Positions 1 to 8,941 of a stretch of 64,000 bases of DNA are shown here, piece by piece. Source of the DNA: Acidobacteriota bacterium (GTDB lineage: Bacteria; Acidobacteriota; Vicinamibacteria; Marinacidobacterales; Marinacidobacteraceae). A program made the position numbers and the translations under genes. The DNA lies in NCBI GenBank assembly GCA_022820545.1, contig JAJEFG010000093.1, positions 1,803 through 65,802 of the forward strand. Reading direction: 5' to 3'. The stretch's first letter is position 1. Every line of letters starts with the position of its first letter. The notes beneath the pieces were generated by a model that did no database searches, was not told the origin of the DNA, and worked only from the letters and a program-made list of their open reading frames with translations.

Positions 1-1846
1 CCATGAGGTTGACGATGAAGTTGTCCGCCGCGGGGCGGTCGGGGATCTCGATGCGGAGGAGACTTCGGGTCTCGGGATTCAGGGTCGTGTCCCAGAGCAC
101 CTTGGGCTGCATTTCGCCGAGGCCCTTGAAGCGGGTGATCGTCGGGGACTTTCCGCCGGCCGACCGGCGGAGGATGGCTTCCTTGTCGGCCTCGTCCCGC
201 GCCCAGTGCGACTTGCCCCCCAGGTCAACCCGGTAGAGCGGCGGCTGGGCGACGAAGACCCGTCCGGCTTCCAGCAGCTTCCACATGAACTTGACGAAAT
301 AGGCGAGGAGCAGGGTGGTGATGTGGTGGCCGTCGGCGTCGGCGTCGGCCAGCAGCACCACCCGGCGATAGCGGAGCTTCTCCGGGTCGCAGTCTTCGCC
401 GGTGCCGCAGCCGAGCGCGAGGGCAATGTCCCGGAGTTCCGCGTTCTCGGCGACCTTGGCGCGGGTGGCCTGCGCCGCGTTCAGGATCTTGCCCCGCAGC
501 GGGAGCACCGCCTGGCGCATCCGGTCCCGTCCCTGCTTCGCGGACCCACCCGCCGAGTCCCCCTCCACGATGAAGATCTCCGTCTCGTCGGCGTTCCGCG
601 AAGCGCAGTCGCTCAGCTTGCCCGGCAGGACGCTCCGGGTCCTGGTCTCGCTCTTCCGGGAGACCGCCGCCGAGGCGGCGCGGGACGCCTCGCGGGCCCG
701 CGCGGCGAGCACGACCCGGTTCGCGATGCGCTCCGCCGCGGTCGGTGACTGGTTCAGCCAGCGCTCGAGTTCGATCCGGACGGCGGTGTCCACCGGCGCC
801 CGCACTTCCGGGTTGTTGAGCCGGTCCTTCGTCTGTCCCTGGAACTGCGGGTTCTCAAGGAACACGCTCAGGATCGCGAGCACGCCCTCACGGATGTCTT
901 CCGCGGCGATCGTCACGCCCCGCGGGATCAGCGAATGGGTTTCGAGGTAGTTCCGGACCGCTTTCGCAAGCCCGTCGCGAAGGCCCGTCTCGTGCGACCC
1001 CCCGAATCCGGTCGGGATCCCGTTGACGTAGCTGCGGAACTCCTCGCGCGGCGCCTCGGTCCAGCCGAGCACGATTTCGAGGCGCCCATCGCCGTTCAGG
1101 GGATCGCGCGAGAGCTCGAAGGCTGCCTCGTGGGCCAGGGTCAGCTTTCGGTCCCCGATCACCGCGTCGAAGTAGTCCGGCAGGCCGCGCGCCTGACGCC
1201 ACTCCTCCTGTTTCCCGGACGCCTCGTCCGTGAACGTAAGTTGAAGACCCTTGTGGAGATAACTGGTCTCGGTCATCCGGGCGGCGATCCGCTCCGCATC
1301 CAGTTTCGGCTCCGGGAAAATCTGCGGGTCGGGCGTGAAGGTGATCTCCGTGCCGTTCCCCTTCCCCGACCCGGTTTCCTTCATCTTGCCGAGGGGCTTG
1401 CCACGGCGAAAACGCATCTCCCACTGCCGCCGGTTCCGCCGGACCTTCGCCGTCAACGAGGAACTGAGGGCGTTCACCACCGAGGCCCCGACGCCGTGCA
1501 GCCCGCCGGAAGCGTGGTACGCGCCCCGGTCGAACTTCCCCCCGGCGTGCAGCGTGGTGAGGATCACTTCCAGCGCCGGCTTGCCCGAGGGCTTGTGGAC
1601 ATCCACGGGAATCCCGCGGCCGTTGTCCTTCACGGTGACCGATCCGTCGCGCTTCAGGGTGACGTCGATCCGCGAGGCATGCCCGTTCATCGCCTCGTCC
1701 ACGCTGTTGTCGAGGATTTCCCAGACGAGGTGGTGGAGTCCCTCGACGTCGGTGCCCCCGATGTACATGGCCGGGCGCTTCCGCACCGGCGCAAGGCCCT
1801 CGAGGACGGTGATGTCGCGGGCGGTGTATCTCTGCCCGTTGCTCAC
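1..1846 (-). CDS. parE: Type IIA DNA topoisomerase subunit B (ParE/GyrB family, likely topo IV); 3' end runs off window
   Basis: Absent from ORF track. Manual translation from GTG 1846 gives [55 protein letters not shown], with [22 protein letters not shown] and RFKGLGEM motifs downstream. GTGA overlap with the subunit A stop. Confidence 0.9.
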   Translation of the reverse strand, partial: MSNGQRYTARDITVLEGLAPVRKRPAMYIGGTDVEGLHHLVWEILDNSVDEAMNGHASRIDVTLKRDGSVTVKDNGRGIPVDVHKPSGKPALEVILTTLHAGGKFDRGAYHASGGLHGVGASVVNALSSSLTAKVRRNRRQWEMRFRRGKPLGKMKETGSGKGNGTEITFTPDPQIFPEPKLDAERIAARMTETSYLHKGLQLTFTDEASGKQEEWRQARGLPDYFDAVIGDRKLTLAHEAAFELSRDPLNGDGRLEIVLGWTEAPREEFRSYVNGIPTGFGGSHETGLRDGLAKAVRNYLETHSLIPRGVTIAAEDIREGVLAILSVFLENPQFQGQTKDRLNNPEVRAPVDTAVRIELERWLNQSPTAAERIANRVVLAARAREASRAASAAVSRKSETRTRSVLPGKLSDCASRNADETEIFIVEGDSAGGSAKQGRDRMRQAVLPLRGKILNAAQATRAKVAENAELRDIALALGCGTGEDCDPEKLRYRRVVLLADADADGHHITTLLLAYFVKFMWKLLEAGRVFVAQPPLYRVDLGGKSHWARDEADKEAILRRSAGGKSPTITRFKGLGEMQPKVLWDTTLNPETRSLLRIEIPDRPAADNFIVNLM

Positions 1847-4194
1847 GGTGGTCCCTTCAGCGGCTGGGGCAGGGCGATTTCGGTCTTGACCCTTTCGAAG
1901 CCCGCCTTGTTCACCAGTTGCCCCCGGCGGCCGCGGGCGCCCACCTTGAACCGGTCGCCCCGGGCGATCACTCGCGTGCCTCCACCGCGCGTCTCGACCA
2001 CGAGCGGCTCCTTGCGCCGGGCGACGCGGAACCCGATCACCCGATCTCCGGGCCCGAGGTTGATCGCCTTCACGCCCAGCCCGGCGCCCGACAGCACGTT
2101 GATCTCTTCGACATCGCAAAGGAGCGCCCGGCCGTCGCGGGTCGCCAGGATGAGCGTGTCCTCGCCGGTGGTGAGCTCCGCCCCGATGATCTCATCGCCC
2201 TCCTTCAACCGCGCGAACCGCCGTCCGTTCCGCTTCGAGGGCTGGAGGAAGTCCTCCAGGCTGAACCGGAGGGCGTAGCCGCTCTTCGTGAGCGCGATCG
2301 CGTGGCGCTCGGGCACCCCGCCGCCCTCGGTGGAGACCGCGCCGTCAAGTCCCCGGGAATCGAGGCCGAGCAGGCTCACGATCTGCTCGCCGTCCCGGAG
2401 CGCGAACATCTTCTGCACCGGGTCTCCGTACCCGGTCGTCGCCGACACGTCCGCCAGCCGGGCGGTGAAGGCGGTTCCCTGGGACGAGAAGAGGATGAAC
2501 GGCGCGCGGGTGCTGCCCGGCTGGAGCGCAATGACCTCGTCGCCCTCGCGGAGCCGCAGCTTGTCCAGTTCGCGGATCTCGCGCTGGCGCTTGATCCAGC
2601 CGTCGCGGGTGAGGACCAGGGTGGTGTCCTCGGCGAGGATGAAATCCTCTTCCGCGAACTCGGCCACCTCGTCCGATTCCGCGAATTCCGTGCGGCGTTC
2701 CGCCTCGATCCAGGGGCGGTCGCGGATCTCGGCGAGTTCCTCCCGGATCAGCCCCCTGATCGCCTCCTCGCTCCCCAGCAGGCGCTTCACCTCGCGAAGC
2801 CGCTTCTTCCGCTCCTTCGCCTCGTCGAGGATGACCCGAATCTCGAGGCGCGCGAGGCGGTAGATCCTGAGTTCGAGCACCGCGTCGGTCTGCTCCCGGT
2901 CGAGCGGCAGCTCGGCCATGATCTTCGCGGCGGCGTCGGCCTTGCCGTCGGAAGCGCGCACGATCTTCAGGATCCGGTCCAGAGCGTCGAAGACCTTCCG
3001 GAACCCCTCGAGGATGTGGAGCCTGCCGTCCAGCTTGCGGCGCTTGTCCTCGAGCCGGCGCCGCACCACCTCGCGCCGGAAGTCCAGAAAATCCTGAAGC
3101 AGGGTGCGGAGGCCGACTCGTTCCGGGATTCCTCCCTCGGAACGGTCGAAACGGAGACACGTCAGGTCCACGGGCACCGAGGACTGGAGCGGGGTGCGCT
3201 TGTAGAGGAAAGCGAGGACCTTGTCCTGATCGACGTCCTTCCTCACCTCCAGCCGGATCTGGACGTCGTCGGTCGAGAGATCGCTGACGTCGAGGAGCGC
3301 CGGGAGCGACCGGTCGGCCACGATCTCCCCGAGACGCTGAACGAGCTGCGCCTTGTTCACGCCGTAGGGGACCGAGGTGATGAACAGCGTGCGGACGTGG
3401 CGCCGCGTCCCACCGTCCCTGACACTGCCGCGAACGCGAATGGACCCCTTCCCTTCCTCGTAGATCTCCGCGCGTCGCTCGGGCGGATCGAGGATCTCGC
3501 CGCCGGTCGGGAAGTCGGGCCCCCTGACCGTCTCCGCCAGCTCGCGGGAGCCGAGCGACGGATCGTCCAGCAGCCGGATGAGCGCCTCCACGACCTCGAA
3601 GAGATTGTGGGGCGGAATGCTGGTGGCGACACCGACCGCGATCCCGGTGGATCCATTGACGAGCAGCAGCGGCAGCCGGGTGGGCAGGACGACCGGCTCG
3701 GTGCGGGTCCCGTCGTAAGTCGGACGGTGGGGAACGGTGTCCAGACCGATCTCCCCGAGAACGTCCTCGGCCGCCTCGGCGAGCCGGCACTCCGTGTACC
3801 GCATCGCGGCCGCCGGATCGCCGTCGAGCGACCCGAAGTTGCCGGCGCCTTCGATCAGGGGCAACCGCGACGCGAAAGGCTGCGCCATCCGCACCAGCGC
3901 CTCGTAGATCGCCGCGTCGCCGTGCGGGTGGTAGCCCCCCATCACGTCGCCCACCACCTTGGCGCATTTGCGGAAACGGCCGTCGGCGCGGAGCCCCTGG
4001 CGCCACATGGTGGTCAGGATCCGCCGCTGCACCGGCTTCAGGCCGTCCCGCACGTCGGGTAGCGCCCGGCTGCCGATGACCGACAGCGCGTAGGTCCGGT
4101 AACGGTCCTGGACGACCTCTCCGAGAGGGGCCGGAAGTCCGTTCGTCCCGTTATCGGTCCCGAGCGGCAGGGGGCGCTGTCGTGATCGCGCCAC
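1843..4194 (-). CDS. parC: Type IIA DNA topoisomerase subunit A (ParC-like)
   Basis: [22 protein letters not shown], catalytic AAMRYTE, IPPHN and C-terminal pinwheel repeats. No GyrA-box (QxRGGKG) at the expected position. Confidence 0.85.
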   Translation of the reverse strand: MARSRQRPLPLGTDNGTNGLPAPLGEVVQDRYRTYALSVIGSRALPDVRDGLKPVQRRILTTMWRQGLRADGRFRKCAKVVGDVMGGYHPHGDAAIYEALVRMAQPFASRLPLIEGAGNFGSLDGDPAAAMRYTECRLAEAAEDVLGEIGLDTVPHRPTYDGTRTEPVVLPTRLPLLLVNGSTGIAVGVATSIPPHNLFEVVEALIRLLDDPSLGSRELAETVRGPDFPTGGEILDPPERRAEIYEEGKGSIRVRGSVRDGGTRRHVRTLFITSVPYGVNKAQLVQRLGEIVADRSLPALLDVSDLSTDDVQIRLEVRKDVDQDKVLAFLYKRTPLQSSVPVDLTCLRFDRSEGGIPERVGLRTLLQDFLDFRREVVRRRLEDKRRKLDGRLHILEGFRKVFDALDRILKIVRASDGKADAAAKIMAELPLDREQTDAVLELRIYRLARLEIRVILDEAKERKKRLREVKRLLGSEEAIRGLIREELAEIRDRPWIEAERRTEFAESDEVAEFAEEDFILAEDTTLVLTRDGWIKRQREIRELDKLRLREGDEVIALQPGSTRAPFILFSSQGTAFTARLADVSATTGYGDPVQKMFALRDGEQIVSLLGLDSRGLDGAVSTEGGGVPERHAIALTKSGYALRFSLEDFLQPSKRNGRRFARLKEGDEIIGAELTTGEDTLILATRDGRALLCDVEEINVLSGAGLGVKAINLGPGDRVIGFRVARRKEPLVVETRGGGTRVIARGDRFKVGARGRRGQLVNKAGFERVKTEIALPQPLKGPP

Positions 4195-4239
4195 GGGTCA
4201 ACCCCCGGCCCGAGGGCAGCGGGGTTCGAAGGGGAGACA

Positions 4240-4620
4240 ATGGTCGCCGTGCACAGCGGCCGTCATCAGGGTCTGGCGCTCCTCGCGCTGTCGTTGATCA
4301 GCCTGGGCGCCGCCGCCCTCCTCCGGGACCTGGCTCCCGACGTCACCCTCTGCGGCGTCAAGGCCCTCTCCGGACTGCCCTGCCCCTTCTGCGGCGGGGT
4401 CCGCGCCACCGCGGCGCTCGGGCGAGGGTCACTGCTGGAAGCGTTCGCCTGGAATCCCGCGGTCACCCTGCTCCACGCCGGGATGCTCACGAGCGGAGCC
4501 GCGCTGGTCCTCGGCCAAACGCCGGTCTGGCTCACGCCGGAGCGCCAGCGGTTCGTGTTCCGCGCGGTCCTCGTCATCCTGCTGGCCAACTGGCTGTACC
4601 TCGTCGCCGCCGGACGCTGA
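4240..4620 (+). CDS. DUF2752-like membrane protein
   Basis: C-x6-GLPCPFCGGVRA...AFAWNP motif and three hydrophobic segments; GGAG SD before ATG. Confidence 0.75.
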   Translation: MVAVHSGRHQGLALLALSLISLGAAALLRDLAPDVTLCGVKALSGLPCPFCGGVRATAALGRGSLLEAFAWNPAVTLLHAGMLTSGAALVLGQTPVWLTPERQRFVFRAVLVILLANWLYLVAAGR

Positions 4621-4650
4621 GGGCGCCCGGCCAAATCCGACGCGCGCCGG

Positions 4651-5055
4651 TCAAGGGACGTCTTCCACATAGACGCGTACCTTGAGCCGCGTCCTGCTCC
4701 GCGAGTCGTTGGAACGGATGGTCAGCCAGCGTTCGAGCACCCCCCGGTAACGCCGGGTCTCCAGGGTCACCCGGAGCGTCCCGGACTCTCCGGGCGGGAT
4801 CACCGTGCGGTCGGTCACCGCGGCGGCGCAGGCGCACGCCGACGCGATGCGTCCGATCTCGAGATCCCGGCTTCCGGTGTTCTTCAGCGCGAACTCGTGG
4901 ACCAGCACTTTCCCGGGCGCCGCCCGTCCGAAATCCCACTCACCGGGCTCGATCTCGAGCCGCGGGCCGCGCTGCCACACGTTCCCGGCAGCGCCCGCCA
5001 GACTCCCGAGAAGGATGGCGGCGAGAAGGCAATTCGGAAGGAGATGCCGCTTCAA
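4651..5055 (-). CDS. DUF1573 (Ig-like) exported protein
   Basis: Signal peptide; WDFG...F.LKNTG..DLEI....SACAC.......IPPGESG pattern. Confidence 0.8.
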   Translation of the reverse strand: MKRHLLPNCLLAAILLGSLAGAAGNVWQRGPRLEIEPGEWDFGRAAPGKVLVHEFALKNTGSRDLEIGRIASACACAAAVTDRTVIPPGESGTLRVTLETRRYRGVLERWLTIRSNDSRSRTRLKVRVYVEDVP

Positions 5056-5059
5056 CCGA

Positions 5060-5341
5060 TCAGTCCTCCTGATCCGGGGTTTCGACCATCCTGAGGAACG
5101 CCGCGAGCCGCTCGTTCTCGTAGCGGACGACGTTCAGGAACAGGCTTTCTATCAGGTAGCTGCGGCGCTCGCCGGCGTCCATTTCGTCCACCAGGTGGCT
5201 GATCTCGCGGGTCATGGCCTCGTAAGTGTTGCGGAACTCGCTGCGCACCGAGACCTCGCGGTAGAGCGCCTCCAGAATCGCGAGCAGGTCGCCGTCCAGC
5301 TCGACTTCGCGACCGCCCTGCATTCGAATGGATCGCATCAT
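5060..5341 (-). CDS. Small hypothetical protein (93 aa)
   Basis: ATG overlaps the STAS stop (ATGA); coding-like helical sequence MMRSIRMQGGREVELDGDLLAILEALY... Confidence 0.65.
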   Translation of the reverse strand: MMRSIRMQGGREVELDGDLLAILEALYREVSVRSEFRNTYEAMTREISHLVDEMDAGERRSYLIESLFLNVVRYENERLAAFLRMVETPDQED

Positions 5342-5697
5342 TCGTTCCCCCCGGTACTTCCGGCGAGTGCGCGAACCGCGTCCTCCGCCGATCCGTAGAT
5401 TGGAATGAACTCGTGGGCGCCGGTCATTCGGAGCATCCTCTCCACGCGGTCCAGGACCCCGGCGAGAGCGATGCGGCCCTGCTTCGCCGAGGCGCGCCGG
5501 TAGAGGTCCATGAGACACCCGATCGCGGCGGAATCCAGATAGTTCACCGGGGAGAGGTCGAAGACCACCGCAGGCCGGTCCTCCTCGAGGTGCGGACCGA
5601 CCTGATCCACGAAGGAATCGAGGGTGGCGTAGACGAGACGTGCGACTTCGACGCGAACCACTACGGCGGCGCCGTCGGTGCGAGTGCTGACCTTCAT
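5338..5697 (-). CDS. STAS-domain anti-sigma factor antagonist
   Basis: VVFDLSPVNYLDSAAIGCL (phospho-acceptor D-S motif); RVERMLRMTG. Confidence 0.9.
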   Translation of the reverse strand: MKVSTRTDGAAVVVRVEVARLVYATLDSFVDQVGPHLEEDRPAVVFDLSPVNYLDSAAIGCLMDLYRRASAKQGRIALAGVLDRVERMLRMTGAHEFIPIYGSAEDAVRALAGSTGGNE

Positions 5698-6383
5698 GAC
5701 ATGGATCTCCGCCCGGCGGTGGAACCGGGTGGCCGGCCGGGGCTGTTCCGGGCGGCGACGAGGAGGCGCTTCAACTCGGCGCGCCCCCGGTGGATGCGGC
5801 TCTTGACGGTGCCTTCGGGGACGCCGAGGCGCTCACAGATCTCTTCATAGGGCAACTCCTGAAAGAACCGGAGCTGCACCACTTCCCGGAGCTTGGGCGA
5901 AAGCCCGTCGAGCGCCTTGAGAAGGCTGGCCCGCGCCTCGCGCTGCTCCAGCAGGCGGTCCGGGCCGAGAAGCGCACTTCCCGGCGTCCGCTCGAGCGGG
6001 GCTTCCTCGGGGAGAAGCCGCTGGCGCTCGCGGACCTTCGTCCGGTAGTGGTCGATGCAGTAATTGCGGGCGACCGAGTTCAGCCACACGGCGAAGTGCG
6101 CCCGCGGATCGAAACGGTCCAGTTGCCGGTAGACCCTGACGATGATCTCGTGGGTCAGTTCCTCGGCTTCCTGATACTGGCCGGTGAACCGGTACGCCAG
6201 GGAGAAGAGCCTCCGCCGATGCCGGCCGATGAGGTCGGCCCACGCGGTGTCGGGGTCCAGCTCACCGGCCCGCAGGGCTCGGATGGTCGCGATGTCCTGC
6301 GAATTGCGAAGGTCATCCGATCCGGGTCCGTCGCTGGAACCGGGGACAACCGGGGTCGGGACGATGGGCGTGAGCTCGGTCAG
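5694..6383 (-). CDS. ECF RNA polymerase sigma-70 factor; probable non-canonical (CTG) start
   Basis: The frame stays open upstream of the track's GTG 6089 and encodes region 2 (AWADLIGRHRRRLFSLAYRFTGQYQEAEELTHE...FAVWLNSVARN). Region 4 is LPYEEICERLGVPEGTVKSRIHRGR. The start coordinate is inferred. Confidence 0.85.
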   Translation of the reverse strand: MTELTPIVPTPVVPGSSDGPGSDDLRNSQDIATIRALRAGELDPDTAWADLIGRHRRRLFSLAYRFTGQYQEAEELTHEIIVRVYRQLDRFDPRAHFAVWLNSVARNYCIDHYRTKVRERQRLLPEEAPLERTPGSALLGPDRLLEQREARASLLKALDGLSPKLREVVQLRFFQELPYEEICERLGVPEGTVKSRIHRGRAELKRLLVAARNSPGRPPGSTAGRRSMS

Positions 6384-6390
6384 AGTCTGC

Positions 6391-7212
6391 TCAGGTTTCG
6401 GGAACCTCAGGGCGTCCCGCCGCCACCCAGGCCGTGTACCAGAGGCTCGCGGTGTCGCGCGCCGCGTCGGTCATCAACGCCCCGGTCAACCCACCAAGTT
6501 CGTTCCACATCCCGTCCATGTAGAACCGGTCGTAGCCGGCGACGCCGCGGCGCGACATGGAGTCGGTGAAGTTGATGTTGTCCACCCAGATGTGCGCCTT
6601 GAGCGGCAGCGAACGGATGAACTCGTGCGGCCGGTCGAGATACACGGCGGCCGAATCGCGCACCCGCAGCTCGTCGGCGAAGATCTCGATGAGCTGGGTG
6701 TCGTAGCGCCGGGCCAGGCCGTCCTGCTGGGTGGCCTGTCCATCACCGGCGGCCGAGGTGTTGGGCGGCACGGCGACCTCGCCGACCAGCCAGGCAACGT
6801 CGCTGGCGCGCTCCAGCACGAGATCGAAGTCGGCCTCCTCGAACGCCTCGACGAGCGCGTCGTACGCCTCGAGGAGCCGCCAGAGGGCATCCCCGTTCTC
6901 CATGATCTCTTCCTCGGAGAAGCGCCGCAGCGCGAGTTCCCGCGTGGCGGGCACGTCCCAGAACGGGAACTCGTCGTACCGCTCCAGAAAGAAGTGCGCC
7001 GCGTTCCGGCTGCGCGCCGGGTCGTCGAGCAACTCGTAGAAGGTGTCCTCGCGGTCCTCGAAGAAGTCCTTCAGCGGATCGCGGAGGGAGTCGATCGCCT
7101 TCTCACCGATCTCCCGGTGGCCTTCCGGCCCCCAGGAAAGCGCCGGAGCGGTCGCAAGGACCAGGCAGGCAAGGGCCGTAAGCGCAAGCGCTCGGCGCCG
7201 CGTGGTTTCCAT
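6391..7212 (-). CDS. Exported S1/P1 nuclease / Zn-dependent phospholipase C fold protein, degenerate active site
   Basis: Signal peptide followed by WGPEGH; the DGQATQQDGL segment resembles the family's D/NGQxTxQxGIH. Confidence 0.7.
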   Translation of the reverse strand: METTRRRALALTALACLVLATAPALSWGPEGHREIGEKAIDSLRDPLKDFFEDREDTFYELLDDPARSRNAAHFFLERYDEFPFWDVPATRELALRRFSEEEIMENGDALWRLLEAYDALVEAFEEADFDLVLERASDVAWLVGEVAVPPNTSAAGDGQATQQDGLARRYDTQLIEIFADELRVRDSAAVYLDRPHEFIRSLPLKAHIWVDNINFTDSMSRRGVAGYDRFYMDGMWNELGGLTGALMTDAARDTASLWYTAWVAAGRPEVPET

Positions 7213-7252
7213 AGCAGTGAGGGCGACAGTCCCGTGGACGGCCGGGCGAATT

Positions 7253-8029
7253 CTAGCGAGAGGCAGCCGATACGGCGCGGGCCACGGTCAGGACGTCCAC
7301 GGGCCCGGCGCCCGCCCGGATCAGCGCCCGGACCGCCGCCTCGACCGTGCTCCCGGTGGTGAACACGTCGTCCACCAGCAGGAGGGGCCGGCCGGCGAGC
7401 CGCTCGGGCAGCCGCCCCGCCCGGAACGCTCCCCGCACGTTGCGCCGGCGGGCGCTCGGGCTGACCAGCGTCTGCGGTGGCCGGGACCGCCGGCGCAACA
7501 CGCCGCGAACCAGCGGAATCCCGAGCTCGCGGGTGACCTGCCGGGCCAGCAACTCGGCCTGGTTGAAACCGCGGCGCCTGCCCCGCCAGAACGGCACCGG
7601 AACCGCGACGACCGCGGCCGGGAACTCCCCCGCGGCCGAGACGCCGTGATTCCGGGAGGCACGGCGAAAGGCCGCAATGGCGGGCCGCGCCAGAAGCTCG
7701 GCGAGAACCTCCCGCCGCCGGAACTTGAGCTCCAGCAGGGCGCGCTGGAACACGCCCTCGTACGGCGCGGCGGCCACCGCCATCCGGAAGGGCCGCCGTC
7801 GCGCCCGGCACTCGCCGCAGCGGCCCGGCGCCGCGGAGGGCGCGAGGAACAGGCCGCACCTGGGACACGCGGGAACGGCAAGCGGGCGGAGGCAGGCGGC
7901 GCACTCGGGGCACGCCGGGCCCGCCAGCGGATCGGCGAGCGGCCCGTCGCAGAGGCAGCAGCCCTGGGGAAAGAGGAGCTGTCCGAAGGCGCGCCGGCAT
8001 CGCACCGGAAACGGAGGTTGGGCGGACAC
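7253..8029 (-). CDS. comF: ComF family protein (double zinc ribbon + phosphoribosyltransferase)
   Basis: Four CxxC pairs, RRRGFNQAELLA, LLVDDVFTTGST. Confidence 0.92.
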   Translation of the reverse strand: MSAQPPFPVRCRRAFGQLLFPQGCCLCDGPLADPLAGPACPECAACLRPLAVPACPRCGLFLAPSAAPGRCGECRARRRPFRMAVAAAPYEGVFQRALLELKFRRREVLAELLARPAIAAFRRASRNHGVSAAGEFPAAVVAVPVPFWRGRRRGFNQAELLARQVTRELGIPLVRGVLRRRSRPPQTLVSPSARRRNVRGAFRAGRLPERLAGRPLLLVDDVFTTGSTVEAAVRALIRAGAGPVDVLTVARAVSAASR

Positions 8030-8065
8030 GCGTTCGGGACGCAGGGCGCCGGAAAGGGCCGAGCC

Positions 8066-8884
8066 CTACAGGATCCGGTAGTCCGTGACCACACCCGTAG
8101 CGCAGAGCCGAACGTAGACGTCCGTGACCATCACCCAGACCAGGCTGGCCCAGGCGAAGCCCATGTGCCGGAGGTTGAACCAGCTCGTGCACTCGTAGGC
8201 GCAGCGGCGGAGCGGGCGCCCCGAGAGCCGGTCGAGAAACCCGCCGGCGAGGTGGCGCAGGGAATGACATCCCAAGGTGTAGCCGGCGAGCAGCGCGGCG
8301 TTCAGGGCCATCACCAGGGTTCCGACGCCAAGGCCGAAGGAAACCTCGCCGGTGACCGGATCGGCGAACCGGGTTGCCCCCCAGACGTAGTAGAGGTGCA
8401 ATCCGATCCAGACCAACGCGATGTAGAGGAAGTAGCGGTGGACGTTCTGCAGGATGAGCGGGAAACTGTTTTCGCCGCGGTAGGTGTTCCACGGCTTGCC
8501 CACGGTGCACGAAGCCGGACTGCCCCAGAACGCCTTGTAGTACGAGCCGCGGTAGTAGTAGCAGGTGAGCCGCAGCCCCGCCGGCGCCCAGAACAGGAAT
8601 ACGCCTGGCGCCCAGGGAAGGAGGGCCGGCCAGGCGGCCGGCTTGGGCCCGAACCAGGCGTGGGGCGTATCGCCGAAGAGCACCGGGACGTGGATCGGCG
8701 AAACGTAGTTGCCGAACTCGGCCCCGTGGTGCGTGAACACCGCCCAGGTCGAGTAGATGACGAACACGCTCAGGCCCACGAAGACGCCGGTCGGAGTGAC
8801 CCACCACGGATCGCAGCGTCTCGTGACGCCGAAACTCTGCGGGGCGGGCAGGACGCCACTGAGTTGAGGGAGCGATGAGGCCAC
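8066..8884 (-). CDS. Succinate dehydrogenase (Sdh1-type) membrane anchor-like protein
   Basis: RLTCYYYRGSYYKAFW, YRGENSFPLILQNVHRYF, YTLGCHSLRH and HMGFAWASL motifs typical of the Rv0249c-like family. Confidence 0.75.
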   Translation of the reverse strand: MASSLPQLSGVLPAPQSFGVTRRCDPWWVTPTGVFVGLSVFVIYSTWAVFTHHGAEFGNYVSPIHVPVLFGDTPHAWFGPKPAAWPALLPWAPGVFLFWAPAGLRLTCYYYRGSYYKAFWGSPASCTVGKPWNTYRGENSFPLILQNVHRYFLYIALVWIGLHLYYVWGATRFADPVTGEVSFGLGVGTLVMALNAALLAGYTLGCHSLRHLAGGFLDRLSGRPLRRCAYECTSWFNLRHMGFAWASLVWVMVTDVYVRLCATGVVTDYRIL

Positions 8885-8941
8885 GCGGGCAAAAATTCTA
8901 GCGGAGGACCGATGGCGGGCCGGCGCGGTGCCCGCCTTCCG

